The position numbers were made by a program, and so were the translations under genes. Below, one piece after another: positions 25,902-37,800 of a DNA stretch of 64,000 bases; position 1 is the stretch's first letter, and every line of letters starts with the position of its first letter. Below the pieces are notes generated by a model. It had not been told where the DNA came from, did not search any database, and saw only the letters and a program-made list of their open reading frames with translations. This DNA comes from a virus. The stretch lies in IMG/VR virus record IMGVR_UViG_3300046777_001606, positions 32,001 through 96,000 of that record; one strand, given 5' to 3'.

Positions 25902-27392
25902 ATGCCTTCACCAGTTATTCAGTTTAAAAGAGGATTATTTGCAAACTTACCTGGATTGCAAGCTGGTGAACCTGGATTTACAACAGATAAATATGATCTT
26001 TATATTGGATTAACATCAGAGACTTCCACAAATAAATTTTTTGGATCCCATAGATATTGGAGCAAAGAAACAACTTCTACAGGTAGTGGTGTAAATCTTG
26101 TAGAAGGAAGCGTCAATGGTACAAGTTTTATTACACTTGCATCTCCAGCATCTCTTGTAGGAATTGTTACATATTATTTTCCAGGAACACAGGGAACTAC
26201 AAGCACAGTTCTCACAAATGACGGAAATGGTAATTTAAGTTGGTCTAGTGGATCTTTAAATCCAGTATTTACTGGAATTTCAACATTTATGGGACTTGTT
26301 GATGCTAATGGTGGTGCTACGATTGATAATATTCAAATTGGAATTGTAAATGATAACACAATTGATACATCTACAGGAAATCTAACAATTGATTCTGCAG
26401 GTGGAACAATTACTGTAAATGATCAATTAGTTGTAACTGGAATATCTACATTCAATGGTAATGTTGATGTTGATCAATCTCTAAATGTTGATGGAAATGT
26501 AAATGTAACTGGAATTTCTACATTTACCGGAATTACTACCGTTACTGGACCAACATTATTTACTACTCAATTTAGTTCTTCTGGAGTTTCATCATTTAAG
26601 AATAGTACAGATAATACTTTAGGAAATGCAGATACTGGTGCAGTTCAAATTGATGGTGGAGTTGGCATCAATAAAAACGTAACCATTGGGCAAAATCTTT
26701 ATGTTGGTGGATATTCTGAGTTTGTTGGTGTTGTAACATTTAAAGGTGGAACCATTAGTCTTGGCGATGAAGATACTGATAGTATAACGATCGGTGCAGA
26801 ATTTGCTTCAGATTTAATTCCAAATGCTGATGCCGGTTACAATTTAGGTAACTTTAATAAGAGATGGAAAAACGCCATTTTTTCTGGAATTGTAACAAGT
26901 AACACTTTTGTTGGTGAAGTTAATTCGCCAACATTCGATACCAATCAATCTGGTGTTGTTGTTACAGGTATTGTTACCGCAACTACTGGAAATATTACTG
27001 GAAATTTAACAGTTGGTGGTAATCTTTTTGTTAATGGATCAACAACTCAAGTCAATACACAAACATTAACTGTTGAAGATGCTTTGATTGAAGTTGGTCT
27101 TGTAAATGGATCAGCACCATCAACAGATCTTGATCTGGATCTCGGTTTACTTTTAAACTATTTTGACGGATCTGCTAAAAAAGCGGCTGTTTATTGGGAT
27201 GATAGCGCATCAAGAATTGTTCTTGCTTCACAAGTTTCTGAGTCTTCTGGAGTATTGGCTGCCTCTGGATATGCAGGATTGGAAATTGGATCACTCTATG
27301 TCAACGATTGTGCAGGTCAAACTCAGGTTATTTCTTGCACGGGATCAACAAGAAATCTAATTAATATAACAATAGATGCTGGTTCTTTCTGA
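25902..27392 (+). CDS. Tail fibre protein with Mtd-N-like N-terminus
   Basis: IQFKRG...LQAGEPGFTTD N-terminus, beta-strand repeats, GNLFVNGSTTQVNT, and a C-terminal IDAGSF. Confidence 0.7.
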   Translation: MPSPVIQFKRGLFANLPGLQAGEPGFTTDKYDLYIGLTSETSTNKFFGSHRYWSKETTSTGSGVNLVEGSVNGTSFITLASPASLVGIVTYYFPGTQGTTSTVLTNDGNGNLSWSSGSLNPVFTGISTFMGLVDANGGATIDNIQIGIVNDNTIDTSTGNLTIDSAGGTITVNDQLVVTGISTFNGNVDVDQSLNVDGNVNVTGISTFTGITTVTGPTLFTTQFSSSGVSSFKNSTDNTLGNADTGAVQIDGGVGINKNVTIGQNLYVGGYSEFVGVVTFKGGTISLGDEDTDSITIGAEFASDLIPNADAGYNLGNFNKRWKNAIFSGIVTSNTFVGEVNSPTFDTNQSGVVVTGIVTATTGNITGNLTVGGNLFVNGSTTQVNTQTLTVEDALIEVGLVNGSAPSTDLDLDLGLLLNYFDGSAKKAAVYWDDSASRIVLASQVSESSGVLAASGYAGLEIGSLYVNDCAGQTQVISCTGSTRNLINITIDAGSF

Positions 27393-27559
27393 TGGCAACT
27401 GAAACTGATTTAAAATATTTGTTAAATTCATATCAAAAAAAATCTATTGACTTATTAACTCAACTTGTTGTAGTCGAAACAAAATTAGAACAGTCTCTTG
27501 TAAAAATTCAAGAATTAGAGCAAAAAATAAAAAAATATGAAGAAGATTCTTCATATTGA
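27392..27559 (+). CDS. 55-aa coiled-coil protein, possible fibre chaperone (not in ORF track)
   Basis: Hand translation: MATETDLKYLLNSYQKKSIDLLTQLVVVETKLEQSLVKIQELEQKIKKYEEDSSY; TGATG overlap with the upstream gene. Confidence 0.65.
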   Translation: MATETDLKYLLNSYQKKSIDLLTQLVVVETKLEQSLVKIQELEQKIKKYEEDSSY

Positions 27560-27589
27560 AATTAACTAAATATTTTTAATGCTAATGAG

Positions 27590-27624
27590 AGTTCAATATA
27601 TATTGAACTTTTAAGGTATATACC
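27590..27624. promoter_or_regulatory. Perfect 20-bp palindrome plus 10-bp palindrome in the 5' leader of a fibre gene
   Basis: agttcaatatatattgaact (27590-27609) and ggtatatacc (27615-27624), downstream of ACTAAATA at 27565-27572. Confidence 0.6.
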
Positions 27625-27644
27625 AAAAATTTTAATTCGATTCA

Positions 27645-30600
27645 ATGGCAGATCCAAACATTAAGATTAAACGATCATCCGTTCCGGGGAAAAGGCCAAC
27701 GCTTGATCAAATATCTTTGGGTGAGTTAGGATTAAATACATATGATGGACAATTATTTACGCAGGTTGATACCTCTGGTGTTGGAATTGCAACTACAATT
27801 GCATCACTTACTCCTTGGAAAGAGAATTATGGTGGCGCATCAATTTTTTATGCAAATTCCGTTGGTGTAGGGACCACAAATCCATTAGGAACTTTTCAAG
27901 TTGGAACTGGCATCACAATGTATGGTGCCACAGGAATTATTAGTGCAACAAGATTTGATGGTGGATTGAATCCTTTAGGAAAATCATATTATGTTGCCAC
28001 AAATGGAAGTGATAATAATACGGGAAATAATATTAATGAGCCATATTCAACACTTAAACATGCTTTGAGTGTTGCAACTTCTGGAGATACAATTTTTGTT
28101 CAGTCAGGTACATTTACAGAAGTTTTTCCCCTAACAGTTCCTGTGGGAGTAACTGTTAGAGGCGTTAGTCTTCGTGGAACTTTTATTCAACCAACGTCTG
28201 GCACACAACAAAATGATGGTTTCTTATTGAATGGTGAAACTACAGTTGAAGATCTAACGATTGGTAATATTTACGAACCTGGATATGCGTTTAAATTTGC
28301 AAATAATGCAAAAACTACAACTCGTTCTCCATACGTTCAGAGAGTTACTGTATTAAACAGAGGATCAGTAACTTCTGCAACAGATCCATATGGATTTGAT
28401 ACTGCACACTCTCCACCGACCTCATATAAAGCAGGACGTGGTGTTCTGATTGATGGTAGTGTTCAAGACCCAACAACTCTTGAACCCGCAATGTTGTTTA
28501 ATGAGTGTACTTTCATCACTCCAAATAATACTGCGTTGGAGATGACTAATGGCGCAAGAACAGAGTGGGTCAATTGTTTTGCGTATCTTGCAGATAAAGG
28601 AGTCTATGCATATGACGGAAATGTTGGTCTTGCAAGTGCTGGATATGTAAGAATTAAAACTTCTGGATTTTCTGGAACAACTCCTGCAGCAAATGATGAA
28701 CTCTATTATCTTGAAGCAAATTCTCAATCGGGTACTTATGCTCAGGTTGGAACTGCTCTCACGATCACAAGAGTTGGTCATGGATTGACTGTTGGTGATA
28801 GAATTTTTGCAGATTTTACATCTGGAACAGCAACGGATGGATTTTATCGTGTTACTGGATATGTAGGAGTCAATACATTTTCAGTTACAATGGTTGGGTC
28901 AGCCACTACTAGTGGAAATGTATCTTATAAAGAAGCCTTAGGATTTGGTACAGTTAGAAGTTATACATCGGCAACTGGTTTATCTTCGATTACCGCAAAA
29001 GGTGAAGGTTTGTTTGAAATACCTTCATCAAGACTTGGTAAGACTGTCACTGGTTATGGTAATGCTTCATTATCATCCTCTCAAGAGAAGTTTGGAACTG
29101 CTTCGTTAGTTTTAGATGGAACTGGTGATTATATTAGATGTGAAGGTGGAACTGATTTTGCATTTGCTGGAAACTTTACAGCAGAAACCTGGATTTATCC
29201 AACAAGTGTTGCTGGAAATAGATATCTTTTTTCACTTGGATCAGAAGCAGCAGGTAGATATAATCTTTTTCTAGTAAGTGGTGTTCTAACTGGTAATTTT
29301 TATGGCGCTTCTTCCACGACTTTTGGTGGATCTATTTCCACTAATACTTGGACACATATTGCATTAGTTCGTTCTGGTTCAACCATTACTGTATATGTAG
29401 ATGGAACTGCACTTGGAACAACCGAAACAAACTCTTCTGCAATTGGTAACACCGGACAATTAACAATTGGTGCTGATACCAGTGGTGTTAACACCTTTGT
29501 TGGATATATTGATGAATTAAGAATTTCAAATACCGCAAGATATACTGGTAACTTTAGTACAGCAACATCTCAATTCAATTCTGATGGAAGTGATAAATTA
29601 CTTCTTCACTTTGATGGCGTAACAGGAAGCACATCATTTACTGATAGTTCAATTCCAACTCAGGATATACGTTGGGTTCGTTCTGGAGTAGGAATTGCAA
29701 CTGCAACCAAGATTACACTTGCCGATTATCAGCAGTTTGGTGCTGAAATGAGATCGATTGGATCTGCTGTAGTCTTCGGTAATACTGGCATCAGTGCAAG
29801 TGGACCTGGCGTTGGACTAAGAATGTTTGCCTTTAACTTTGGGCATATTGGATCTGGTAAAGATTTTAGTCAGGATGTATCTCTTGTTAATCAGGCAGCA
29901 GAAGTTGTTAAGACTAACAATGCTAATGTTTATTTTGTATCGATTGATCAATCTGGCGATTTTAGAGTTGGTGATGCTTTCTACGTTAACCAAGAAGCAG
30001 GAACTGTAAACTTTGGTGGACAGAATTTTACACTGAATAGTCTATCGGATCTTAATATTACTGATGGTGTAAACACAAATACAATTACACCAACAACGGC
30101 AACGATTGGTAATATTCAAATTTCTGGAAATGAGATTACCTCAACTTCAGGTAACATTAATATTAATCCATCTGGAACCTCAGAAACTAATGTTGATGGT
30201 AATTTAAATGTTAGTGGTATTTTAACTGCCTCTGTATTACAGACTGGTGCCTTGCAATTAGGAGATACTTCCATTGCTCTTGATGATACTGGTTCTAATG
30301 GGACCATCAGACTTAATACTGATAATGTAGAAGCATTAAGAGTTACAAATAATCAAAGAGTTGGTATTGCTAGCATTGCACCAACGTCAAGATTAGATGT
30401 TGGTGGCGATGTTAAAATTAGTGGTGTTATTACAGCTACAACATTTAGTGGTCAGGTTAATTCTGGTGTAGCTACTATTACAACACTTAATACTACAACC
30501 GGAAATATTGTTACTGGTGTCGTAACAACCTTAACAAGCACTAATGCTAGTTTAACCAATATTAACTCTACTGGAATCAGTACTCTTGGAATTACCAGTA

Positions 30601-31265
30601 CCACTAATCTAACAACACAACAATTAGTCGTTTCTGGAGTTTCTACTTTTGTTAGTAATGTTAATTTAAGTGGTGAATTGAGAGGTCCTGCAGAATTCAT
30701 CATTGATCCAGCAGCAGTCGGTGATAATACTGGTGCGGTTAGAATCAAAGGTGATCTTTATGTTGACGGTACAACCACACAAATTAATTCGGCATCTTTA
30801 GAAATTGCAGATTTTATAGTTGGAATAGCTTCTACTGCAACAACTGATTTACTTGCTGATGGGGCTGGTATCAGAATTGGACCTGACAATACATTACTTT
30901 ATGATCATTCTAATACTGCATTAAAGTCTAGTGAAAACTTTAATCTTGTTTCTGACAAAACTTATAAGATCAATGGAATTGATGTCCTCAGTTCAACTTC
31001 TCTTGGAACGGGAGTCACCAATTCATCACTGACTTCTGTCGGCACTTTACTAACATTAAATGTAACTGGTGACTTGGCAGTTGATACCAATGTTCTTAAA
31101 GTTGACACTACTAACAATAGAATTGGGGTAAATAAAACTTCTCCCACCTATCCTTTGGATGTTGTGGGCGATATAAATAGTTCAACCGCAGTTAAGGTTA
31201 ATGGAGTTAGTGTTGTTCAATCTGCAGTCGATGAAGCACTAGCATTAGCAATTGCATTAGGATAA
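27645..31265 (+). CDS. Tail fibre/receptor-binding protein with pectin-lyase-like beta-helix and LamG/ConA-like domain
   Basis: IKIKRS...LGELGLNTYDG N-terminus; YYVATNGSDNNTG...PYSTLKHAL...GDTIFVQSGTF (beta-helix start); FTAETWIYP, WTHIALVRSG and GYIDELRIS (LamG-like). Confidence 0.8.
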   Translation: MADPNIKIKRSSVPGKRPTLDQISLGELGLNTYDGQLFTQVDTSGVGIATTIASLTPWKENYGGASIFYANSVGVGTTNPLGTFQVGTGITMYGATGIISATRFDGGLNPLGKSYYVATNGSDNNTGNNINEPYSTLKHALSVATSGDTIFVQSGTFTEVFPLTVPVGVTVRGVSLRGTFIQPTSGTQQNDGFLLNGETTVEDLTIGNIYEPGYAFKFANNAKTTTRSPYVQRVTVLNRGSVTSATDPYGFDTAHSPPTSYKAGRGVLIDGSVQDPTTLEPAMLFNECTFITPNNTALEMTNGARTEWVNCFAYLADKGVYAYDGNVGLASAGYVRIKTSGFSGTTPAANDELYYLEANSQSGTYAQVGTALTITRVGHGLTVGDRIFADFTSGTATDGFYRVTGYVGVNTFSVTMVGSATTSGNVSYKEALGFGTVRSYTSATGLSSITAKGEGLFEIPSSRLGKTVTGYGNASLSSSQEKFGTASLVLDGTGDYIRCEGGTDFAFAGNFTAETWIYPTSVAGNRYLFSLGSEAAGRYNLFLVSGVLTGNFYGASSTTFGGSISTNTWTHIALVRSGSTITVYVDGTALGTTETNSSAIGNTGQLTIGADTSGVNTFVGYIDELRISNTARYTGNFSTATSQFNSDGSDKLLLHFDGVTGSTSFTDSSIPTQDIRWVRSGVGIATATKITLADYQQFGAEMRSIGSAVVFGNTGISASGPGVGLRMFAFNFGHIGSGKDFSQDVSLVNQAAEVVKTNNANVYFVSIDQSGDFRVGDAFYVNQEAGTVNFGGQNFTLNSLSDLNITDGVNTNTITPTTATIGNIQISGNEITSTSGNININPSGTSETNVDGNLNVSGILTASVLQTGALQLGDTSIALDDTGSNGTIRLNTDNVEALRVTNNQRVGIASIAPTSRLDVGGDVKISGVITATTFSGQVNSGVATITTLNTTTGNIVTGVVTTLTSTNASLTNINSTGISTLGITSTTNLTTQQLVVSGVSTFVSNVNLSGELRGPAEFIIDPAAVGDNTGAVRIKGDLYVDGTTTQINSASLEIADFIVGIASTATTDLLADGAGIRIGPDNTLLYDHSNTALKSSENFNLVSDKTYKINGIDVLSSTSLGTGVTNSSLTSVGTLLTLNVTGDLAVDTNVLKVDTTNNRIGVNKTSPTYPLDVVGDINSSTAVKVNGVSVVQSAVDEALALAIALG

Positions 31266-31269
31266 AGAA

Positions 31270-31599
31270 ATGGCAAATACTTTTAAAAGTTATACTAAAG
31301 CAAGTATTGGAACAGTTACTCAAGATGTGTATACTGTTCCTGCTGCAACCACTTCTGTAGTAATTGGTTTTTGTCTGACAAATAGAACTGCGAGTACTGT
31401 AACTGCAGATGTCTATATTAATAAATCTGCGGCAGTCGATGATGTTTATATTGTAAAGGGAATTGAAATACCGACTGGTACGCTATATGATTTTAATGCA
31501 GGAAATAAAATAATTTTAGAAACTGGAGATAAAATACAAATTACTTCAAATACATCCACTTCTGTTGATGCGATAGTAAGTGTACTTGAGCAAACATAA
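31270..31599 (+). CDS. Small beta-sandwich virion/fibre adaptor protein
   Basis: MANTFKS...YTVPAATTSVVIG...KIILETGDKI...SVLEQT, a common phage structural family pattern. Confidence 0.6.
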   Translation: MANTFKSYTKASIGTVTQDVYTVPAATTSVVIGFCLTNRTASTVTADVYINKSAAVDDVYIVKGIEIPTGTLYDFNAGNKIILETGDKIQITSNTSTSVDAIVSVLEQT

Positions 31600-31618
31600 G
31601 TAAGGAGTAAGTAATAAA

Positions 31619-34600
31619 ATGGGATATTTAGGAAAACAGGTAACAAGATTAACTGGTCCACTTTATGACTCAACTAATAAAGTAGGAACTGCAACTTCTG
31701 TTCTTGTTGGATCGTCTAGTGGAAGTGTCGAATGGCAAGCAATATCTCAAGCTTCTTTACAAGGAATTCAGGGTACACAAGGTTTACAAGGAGTTCAAGG
31801 TTTACAAGGCACTCAAGGTACTCAAGGACTTCAAGGTGTACAAGGACTTAATGGTATTCAAGGTGTTCAAGGAACTTTAGGTCCTCAAGGACTTCAAGGT
31901 GTACAAGGACTTAATGGTATTCAAGGTGTTCAAGGACTTCAAGGTGTACAAGGACTTAATGGTATTCAAGGTGTTCAAGGAACTTTAGGTCCTCAAGGTT
32001 TACAAGGCACTCAGGGTACTCAAGGACTTCAAGGTGTACAAGGACTTAATGGTATTCAAGGTGTACAAGGACTTAATGGTATTCAAGGTGTACAAGGAAC
32101 TTTAGGTCCTCAAGGAAGTAGTAATGGTGGAGTTGGAATTGCGACTGCTGGTGGAACAGTAGGTTTTGCTGCAACAATTCTCGATTTCAGAGGATCTGGA
32201 ATTTCTACAGTGACTGTCGCTGGTGGAGTTGCAACTATCAATGTTATATCTGGTGGTGCAGGTGGTGGTAGTGGATCTCAAGGTGCTCAAGGCACTACAG
32301 GATCGCAAGGAACTCAAGGAACTTTCGGTACTCAAGGAACCACAGGATCTCAAGGTTCTGTTGGATCTCAAGGAACTTTCGGCACTCAAGGAACCACAGG
32401 ATCTCAAGGAACTTTTGGTTCTCAAGGAACTTTCGGTACTCAAGGAACCACAGGATCTCAAGGTTCTGTTGGATCTCAAGGAACTTTTGGTTCTCAAGGA
32501 ACTTTTGGTTCTCAAGGAACTTTCGGTACTCAAGGAACTTTCGGTACTCAAGGAACCACTGGATCTGGTTCTCAAGGTTCTCAAGGAACTACAGGAACTG
32601 GTACTCAAGGTTCTCAAGGAACTACAGGAACTAGTATTCAAGGATCTTCTGGTGATAGTTTCTGGATTGCAACATCAGCAGGAATCCACACACTTTCTGC
32701 TATTGGTATAGGAACCACAAATCCAACTGACGCAATTACAATTGGTGACCTTGGAGATAATCCAACTGGTAAGAGTGGTAGAATTTTATTCCATGGAGTA
32801 GATGGTAATAACTCCAATATATCCATTGGTTATAGAAGTAATTATCGATTAGTTGATGATCCTAATTCAAATTCCCCTACTGGAATTAATAACATTGCAA
32901 TAGGTGCTAATGCTGGAAACTTTAATGAAACAAGCGACTTAAATGTTTCTATAGGTAATAGGGCTCACTACAGTTTAACTAGTAAGTATGGTACAGCTGT
33001 AGGTTCACATGCCGGAGAACTTCAGCTTTCTGGATCAAATAATCTACATCTGGGTAGTTTTACTGGTATCTCTCAATATGGAGATTATAGGGTTATTATT
33101 GGAAGTGGTTATGGTGATACATTCCAGTCTGGATATAGAGGATATAAATTTGATGCACCAGATGCAGATCATCCAATTAACAATAATCAAGGAAAGAGCT
33201 ACCAACTTGCTATTGGTATAAGGACTTCTACTGCTCCTTCTAAGTATTGGTTAGTCGGTGATGAGAACTTTAATGTCGGTATAGGAACCACAAATCCAAA
33301 CACATACAAATTATACGTAGGTGGTGACATCAATTTTACGGGTTCTTTATATCAAAATGGTACTCTTTTCTCCGGCGGCGGTGGTGGTGAGTCTTATTGG
33401 GCATCAACATCAGTAGGAATTAATACACTTTCTAATGTTGGTATAGGGACCACAAATCCAACATCAAAACTTCAAGTTGGTGGTAATGCTTATATTAGTG
33501 GAGTCACAACTTCTGCAGGTGGATTTCGCGTTCCGAATAATATTAATTTTGGACTTGGAAATGCCGGTGAGTTTACTTTCACAAGATATGGAGATCCATA
33601 TTCTAGTTCTGCGAATATAACTGCTGTTGGACTTACATTAAACATTCAGTCTCCTGGTACGAAAATTTTAGATAATGGTGGTAGTACTGTAGCTGATTTT
33701 AATGTTAGTTCAGGTTCAGCTCGTTTGTATTCCGGAGGTGTAGTCAAACTTCAAACTAATAGTAATGGCGTAACAGTCACAGGAACTACTGTTACTAATC
33801 AACTTTCTGTTTCTGGTGTTGCTACTGCTACAGGTGGATTTCGCATTCCGAATAGTGGAATTCCACTTAATATAAATGGTGTAGAAATTTTTGAGAATTT
33901 TTCAAACTTCTTTGTTAGACCATCTGGTAATGGTGGAGTTTATTTAAAATCGGGTAATGGTGCCATTGATCTAGCAAAATTTGAATATGGTGGTGCATCA
34001 ATTCTTTATTATAACAACTCTAGTAAATTTGAAACTACTGGTGCTGGTGCTACGGTTACTGGAACACTGTTTACAAATCAACTGAATGTTTCTGGTATTT
34101 CTACTTTTTCTGGTGGTGCTAATGTTGTTGGAACAGTCACAGCAACAGCATTTGTTGGTGATGGATCTGGATTAACTAATTTGACCAGTGGAGCTCAAGG
34201 ATCTGCTGGATCTCAAGGATCTACTGGATCTCAAGGATCTACTGGATCTCAAGGAACTTTTGGTACTCAAGGATCTACTGGATCTCAAGGAACTTTTGGT
34301 ACTCAAGGATCTACTGGAACTGGTACTCAAGGTGCTGCTGGAAGTGCTCAAGGAACTGCAGGTGCTCAAGGTGCTCAAGGAACTTTTGGTACTCAAGGAT
34401 CTTCAGGAACTGGTTCTCAAGGTGCTCAAGGAACTTTTGGTACTCAAGGAACTTTTGGTACTCAAGGAACTGCAGGAACTGGTACTCAAGGTGCTGCTGG
34501 AAGTGCTCAAGGATCTACTGGATCTCAAGGAACTGCAGGAACTGGATCTCAAGGATCTTCAGGAACTGGTTCTCAGGGATCAACTGGATCTCAAGGAACT

Positions 34601-34768
34601 TTTGGTGCTCAAGGAACTTTTGGTACTCAAGGATCTACAGGAACTGGTTCTCAAGGTGCTGCTGGAAGTGCTCAAGGAACTGCAGGTGCTCAAGGTGCTG
34701 CTGGCGGTGGCGGCGGCGGAGGAGTAAGTAACTCTCTAGCAATCGCTTATGCTATAGGTTTAAGTTAA
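31619..34768 (+). CDS. Collagen-like tail fibre protein
   Basis: Three Gly-X-Y blocks, GIGTTNP repeats and NIAIG/NVSIG head-like repeats. Confidence 0.8.
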   Translation: MGYLGKQVTRLTGPLYDSTNKVGTATSVLVGSSSGSVEWQAISQASLQGIQGTQGLQGVQGLQGTQGTQGLQGVQGLNGIQGVQGTLGPQGLQGVQGLNGIQGVQGLQGVQGLNGIQGVQGTLGPQGLQGTQGTQGLQGVQGLNGIQGVQGLNGIQGVQGTLGPQGSSNGGVGIATAGGTVGFAATILDFRGSGISTVTVAGGVATINVISGGAGGGSGSQGAQGTTGSQGTQGTFGTQGTTGSQGSVGSQGTFGTQGTTGSQGTFGSQGTFGTQGTTGSQGSVGSQGTFGSQGTFGSQGTFGTQGTFGTQGTTGSGSQGSQGTTGTGTQGSQGTTGTSIQGSSGDSFWIATSAGIHTLSAIGIGTTNPTDAITIGDLGDNPTGKSGRILFHGVDGNNSNISIGYRSNYRLVDDPNSNSPTGINNIAIGANAGNFNETSDLNVSIGNRAHYSLTSKYGTAVGSHAGELQLSGSNNLHLGSFTGISQYGDYRVIIGSGYGDTFQSGYRGYKFDAPDADHPINNNQGKSYQLAIGIRTSTAPSKYWLVGDENFNVGIGTTNPNTYKLYVGGDINFTGSLYQNGTLFSGGGGGESYWASTSVGINTLSNVGIGTTNPTSKLQVGGNAYISGVTTSAGGFRVPNNINFGLGNAGEFTFTRYGDPYSSSANITAVGLTLNIQSPGTKILDNGGSTVADFNVSSGSARLYSGGVVKLQTNSNGVTVTGTTVTNQLSVSGVATATGGFRIPNSGIPLNINGVEIFENFSNFFVRPSGNGGVYLKSGNGAIDLAKFEYGGASILYYNNSSKFETTGAGATVTGTLFTNQLNVSGISTFSGGANVVGTVTATAFVGDGSGLTNLTSGAQGSAGSQGSTGSQGSTGSQGTFGTQGSTGSQGTFGTQGSTGTGTQGAAGSAQGTAGAQGAQGTFGTQGSSGTGSQGAQGTFGTQGTFGTQGTAGTGTQGAAGSAQGSTGSQGTAGTGSQGSSGTGSQGSTGSQGTFGAQGTFGTQGSTGTGSQGAAGSAQGTAGAQGAAGGGGGGGVSNSLAIAYAIGLS
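31760..32116 (+). repeat. Collagen-like (G-X-Q)n block 1, ~39 triplets
   Basis: 9-nt-period caagg repeats encoding [14 protein letters not shown]... Confidence 0.95.
32273..32645 (+). repeat. Collagen-like block 2 ([12 protein letters not shown])
   Basis: ctcaaggaac-type tandem repeats. Confidence 0.95.
34190..34700 (+). repeat. Collagen-like block 3, interrupted (GSQ/GST/GTF/GAQ)
   Basis: ctcaagg tandem repeats with GTG/GSA register breaks. Confidence 0.95.
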
Positions 34769-34801
34769 ATGAATAAATATACCATAAGGAGATAAAAAAA
34801 T

Positions 34802-37800
34802 ATGGCAAAGAAAGCACTAAGATCTTACACATTTACTCCAGGAATAGCAAATAATACTGTTATTGTAGTTGATGGATATTGGCCAGTAGAATCATTTCTT
34901 TTAATTACCAACACAACAATTGGGGCAATAATTTATAATTTTGCAGATCCTACTTTAGGTATAGTTAGTCACCAATACAATTCTACAACAAATAAAACAC
35001 AAATAAATTTAGAAGCAGATACTTCATCGCAAGGATCTAGCCACAAACTTCAGATATTTGTCGATGATTGGCGTGGATCTGATATGCTTCCATCAGAATC
35101 ATATCAAGATCCAGTATCTAAACTAAGAGTATCAACCCCACAGGCAATCATCGATACAGACTTTGAATATTCTGTACAACCATCCAAATGGGAATCATTG
35201 TCATTAGTACGAAATAGACCATCAACTTACGCCACTGGATCTGGTGCTTCAGCATTCGATGTTATTTCTATGTCAGGAAATGGTTCATTTCCAAGATCAT
35301 TTGTTTTTGTTACGACAACTACAGCACACAACTTAATTGCTGGAGATGTTGTTGTAGTTCAAGATGCATTGGAATCTAATGCTGATGGAACATATACAGT
35401 TCAATTCATATTCAGTAGCACCCAATTTGCATACCAAGCAAGGGGCTTTGTAAGTAGTGCTAGTGTATTTGATAGTGGTTTTACCACGGTTTATGCAGGT
35501 GGGGCATATAGAGGAGCAAATATTCAACTATTAAATTCAACTACAGCTGTACAGTATAGTGGTACTACTATAACAGTTTTTACTAGCCAACCACATAATT
35601 TAGTACCAGGAACATCTATTATATTGGGAAATATTGCTACGAATGGATCGAATGCACCAAATGGAACATGGGTTGTTGATAATGTTCCAAGTATAGATAG
35701 ATTTAGTTTTCAGGTTTCACAAGGTCCGTCTGGAGTTCTAAGTTCTGGAGTCAACTTCCAATCAGCTATTTTATATGCAATTTCTGATGGATATGTACAA
35801 CATCGCGCAACTGATGGTGGCGTTTTGATTACACCCGGATCTATTGCTAATGGAGCTCAGCAAATTCGTCAAACAAGAAGATATTTTAGATATCAATCCG
35901 GTAAGGGAATTCAATTCTCAACTGGTGCAAAATTTACTCCAACTTTTGATGTTTCTACAATTAGTGCTTCCGGAACAACAATTACTGTAACGACTTTACA
36001 AGATCACAATTTACAAGTTGGTTCTGTTGTTAAAATTGAAGGTGTTGTATCTTCTGCTGGTGATGTGGATAGTGCTCGTTATAATTTGTCACTAACTTTT
36101 GTTACTGCTGTTACAGGACCTAAAACCTTTACTTACAGTGCGCTTTCAGCTCCAACAGATACCCTTCCGGGCGGAACAAATGTTTTTGCAACAGCTGTAC
36201 TCTGGTCTGGTGCTTCTGTTCGTGTTGGGTTATATGATGATCAAAATGGATTTTTCTTTGAATATGATGGTAATCAACTTTATGCTTGTAGAAGACAATC
36301 AATTAAAGAATTATTTGGAAGAATAGCAGTCAGTCCCCTAAGTTGTTATGTTTCTGGGACCAGTACAAGATTTAGAGAACAATTAGTTGTTGGTGATCAT
36401 ATAATTATTAAGGGACAATCATATCAAATCAGTTCAATCATTGATGATACACAGTTAATGATAAGTCCAGCATATAGGGGAGAACTATTTGCATCAAACG
36501 TAAAATATTTAAAAACAGTTACTACTAGAATTCCACAATCTCAGTGGAATCTGGATAAAATGAATGGAACTGGACCATCTGGATATAATATTGATATATC
36601 AAAAATGCAGATGGCATATATTGATTATACTTGGTATGGTGCTGGATTTATTCGTTTTGGATTTCGTGCAATAAGTGGTGATATAATTTATTGTCATAAA
36701 ATATCTAATAACAATATCAACACTGCTGCTTATCAGCGTTCTGGTAATTTGCCGGCAAGATTTGAAGCGATAAACAGCGTTGCAGAACCAACTCGTGTGG
36801 TTGCTGGAGGAGTTGCTACTAGAGGATCTACTTTATTTTCTTCAGATACAACAATGTATGTTGAAAATGTTGATAATTGGCCAACTAGTAATGGATATAT
36901 TTTAGTAGGTGATGCTACAAATCTAGAATTAATTGCATATTCGTTTATTGGTGCTTACAATTCAACCGTTCGTGGATATCCATTAAATGGTTTAACTAGA
37001 AGATTCGGATTTAATATTGCGGGTACTACAACTTTTGGTGGTTGGTCAACGGCTGCATACTTTATTCGCGCAACTCAAACAACAGTCAATTTTTCTCCAG
37101 ACACTACACTTGGAGGTAGTGGAACTTCTCAAGTTCATGCCAGACTTTTTTACTGCAATTGTGCGCCAGTGGTCAGTCATTGGGGAGTTTCCGTAATTAT
37201 GGATGGTCGTTATGATGATGACAAAGCTTTGATCTTCACTGCTGGTATGAATAGATATCTTTCAGTTTCTGCCGGTACTCAAAGACCTCTTATTGCGATT
37301 CGTATTGCACCTTCAGTCGATTCTGGAATTGGAAGAAATTGGTCTATTCGTGAACTTGTTAATCGAATGCAATTAACATTAGAATCTGTTGAAGTTTTTT
37401 CTCAGGGGCAGTTTCTTATTGAAGGTATTCTAAATCCATTTTTTACATCTGGAGGTTTTGCAAACTTTCCGTCAAGTTGGACAGCAACTCCTGTTGGATC
37501 TGGATCTTTGGCTCAAGTTTATTATTTTGATTTAACTGGTAGTTATTCATCTTCAGCTGCTACTGGAACTGGTTCAATTTTTGGTGGGGATAGAATTTTT
37601 GGATTTTTCTCAGAAAACTCTGGTGGCACCAACTTTAGTACATCAAGAATTGACTTGAAAAATGTAAGAGATCTTGGAAATTCTATTATAAGTGGACCTG
37701 GTGGAGTTGGTGGTATTAATATTGGATTTCCAGCTGGACCAGATGTGCTTGTAATTACTGCTAGATTACTTGAACCTAGTGGAACTAAAAATATTGCAGC

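Noticed and set aside
31760-34700. Tandem repeats as a possible CRISPR array
   Set aside because: The repeats are in-frame, codon-periodic and have no unique spacers or cas genes.
32102-34727. Alternative-frame ORFs with LKELLV or SSLRT repeats (32102-32641, 32223-32711, 34172-34396, 34188-34727)
   Set aside because: They are shadows of the 9-nt collagen repeats, with no independent start signals.
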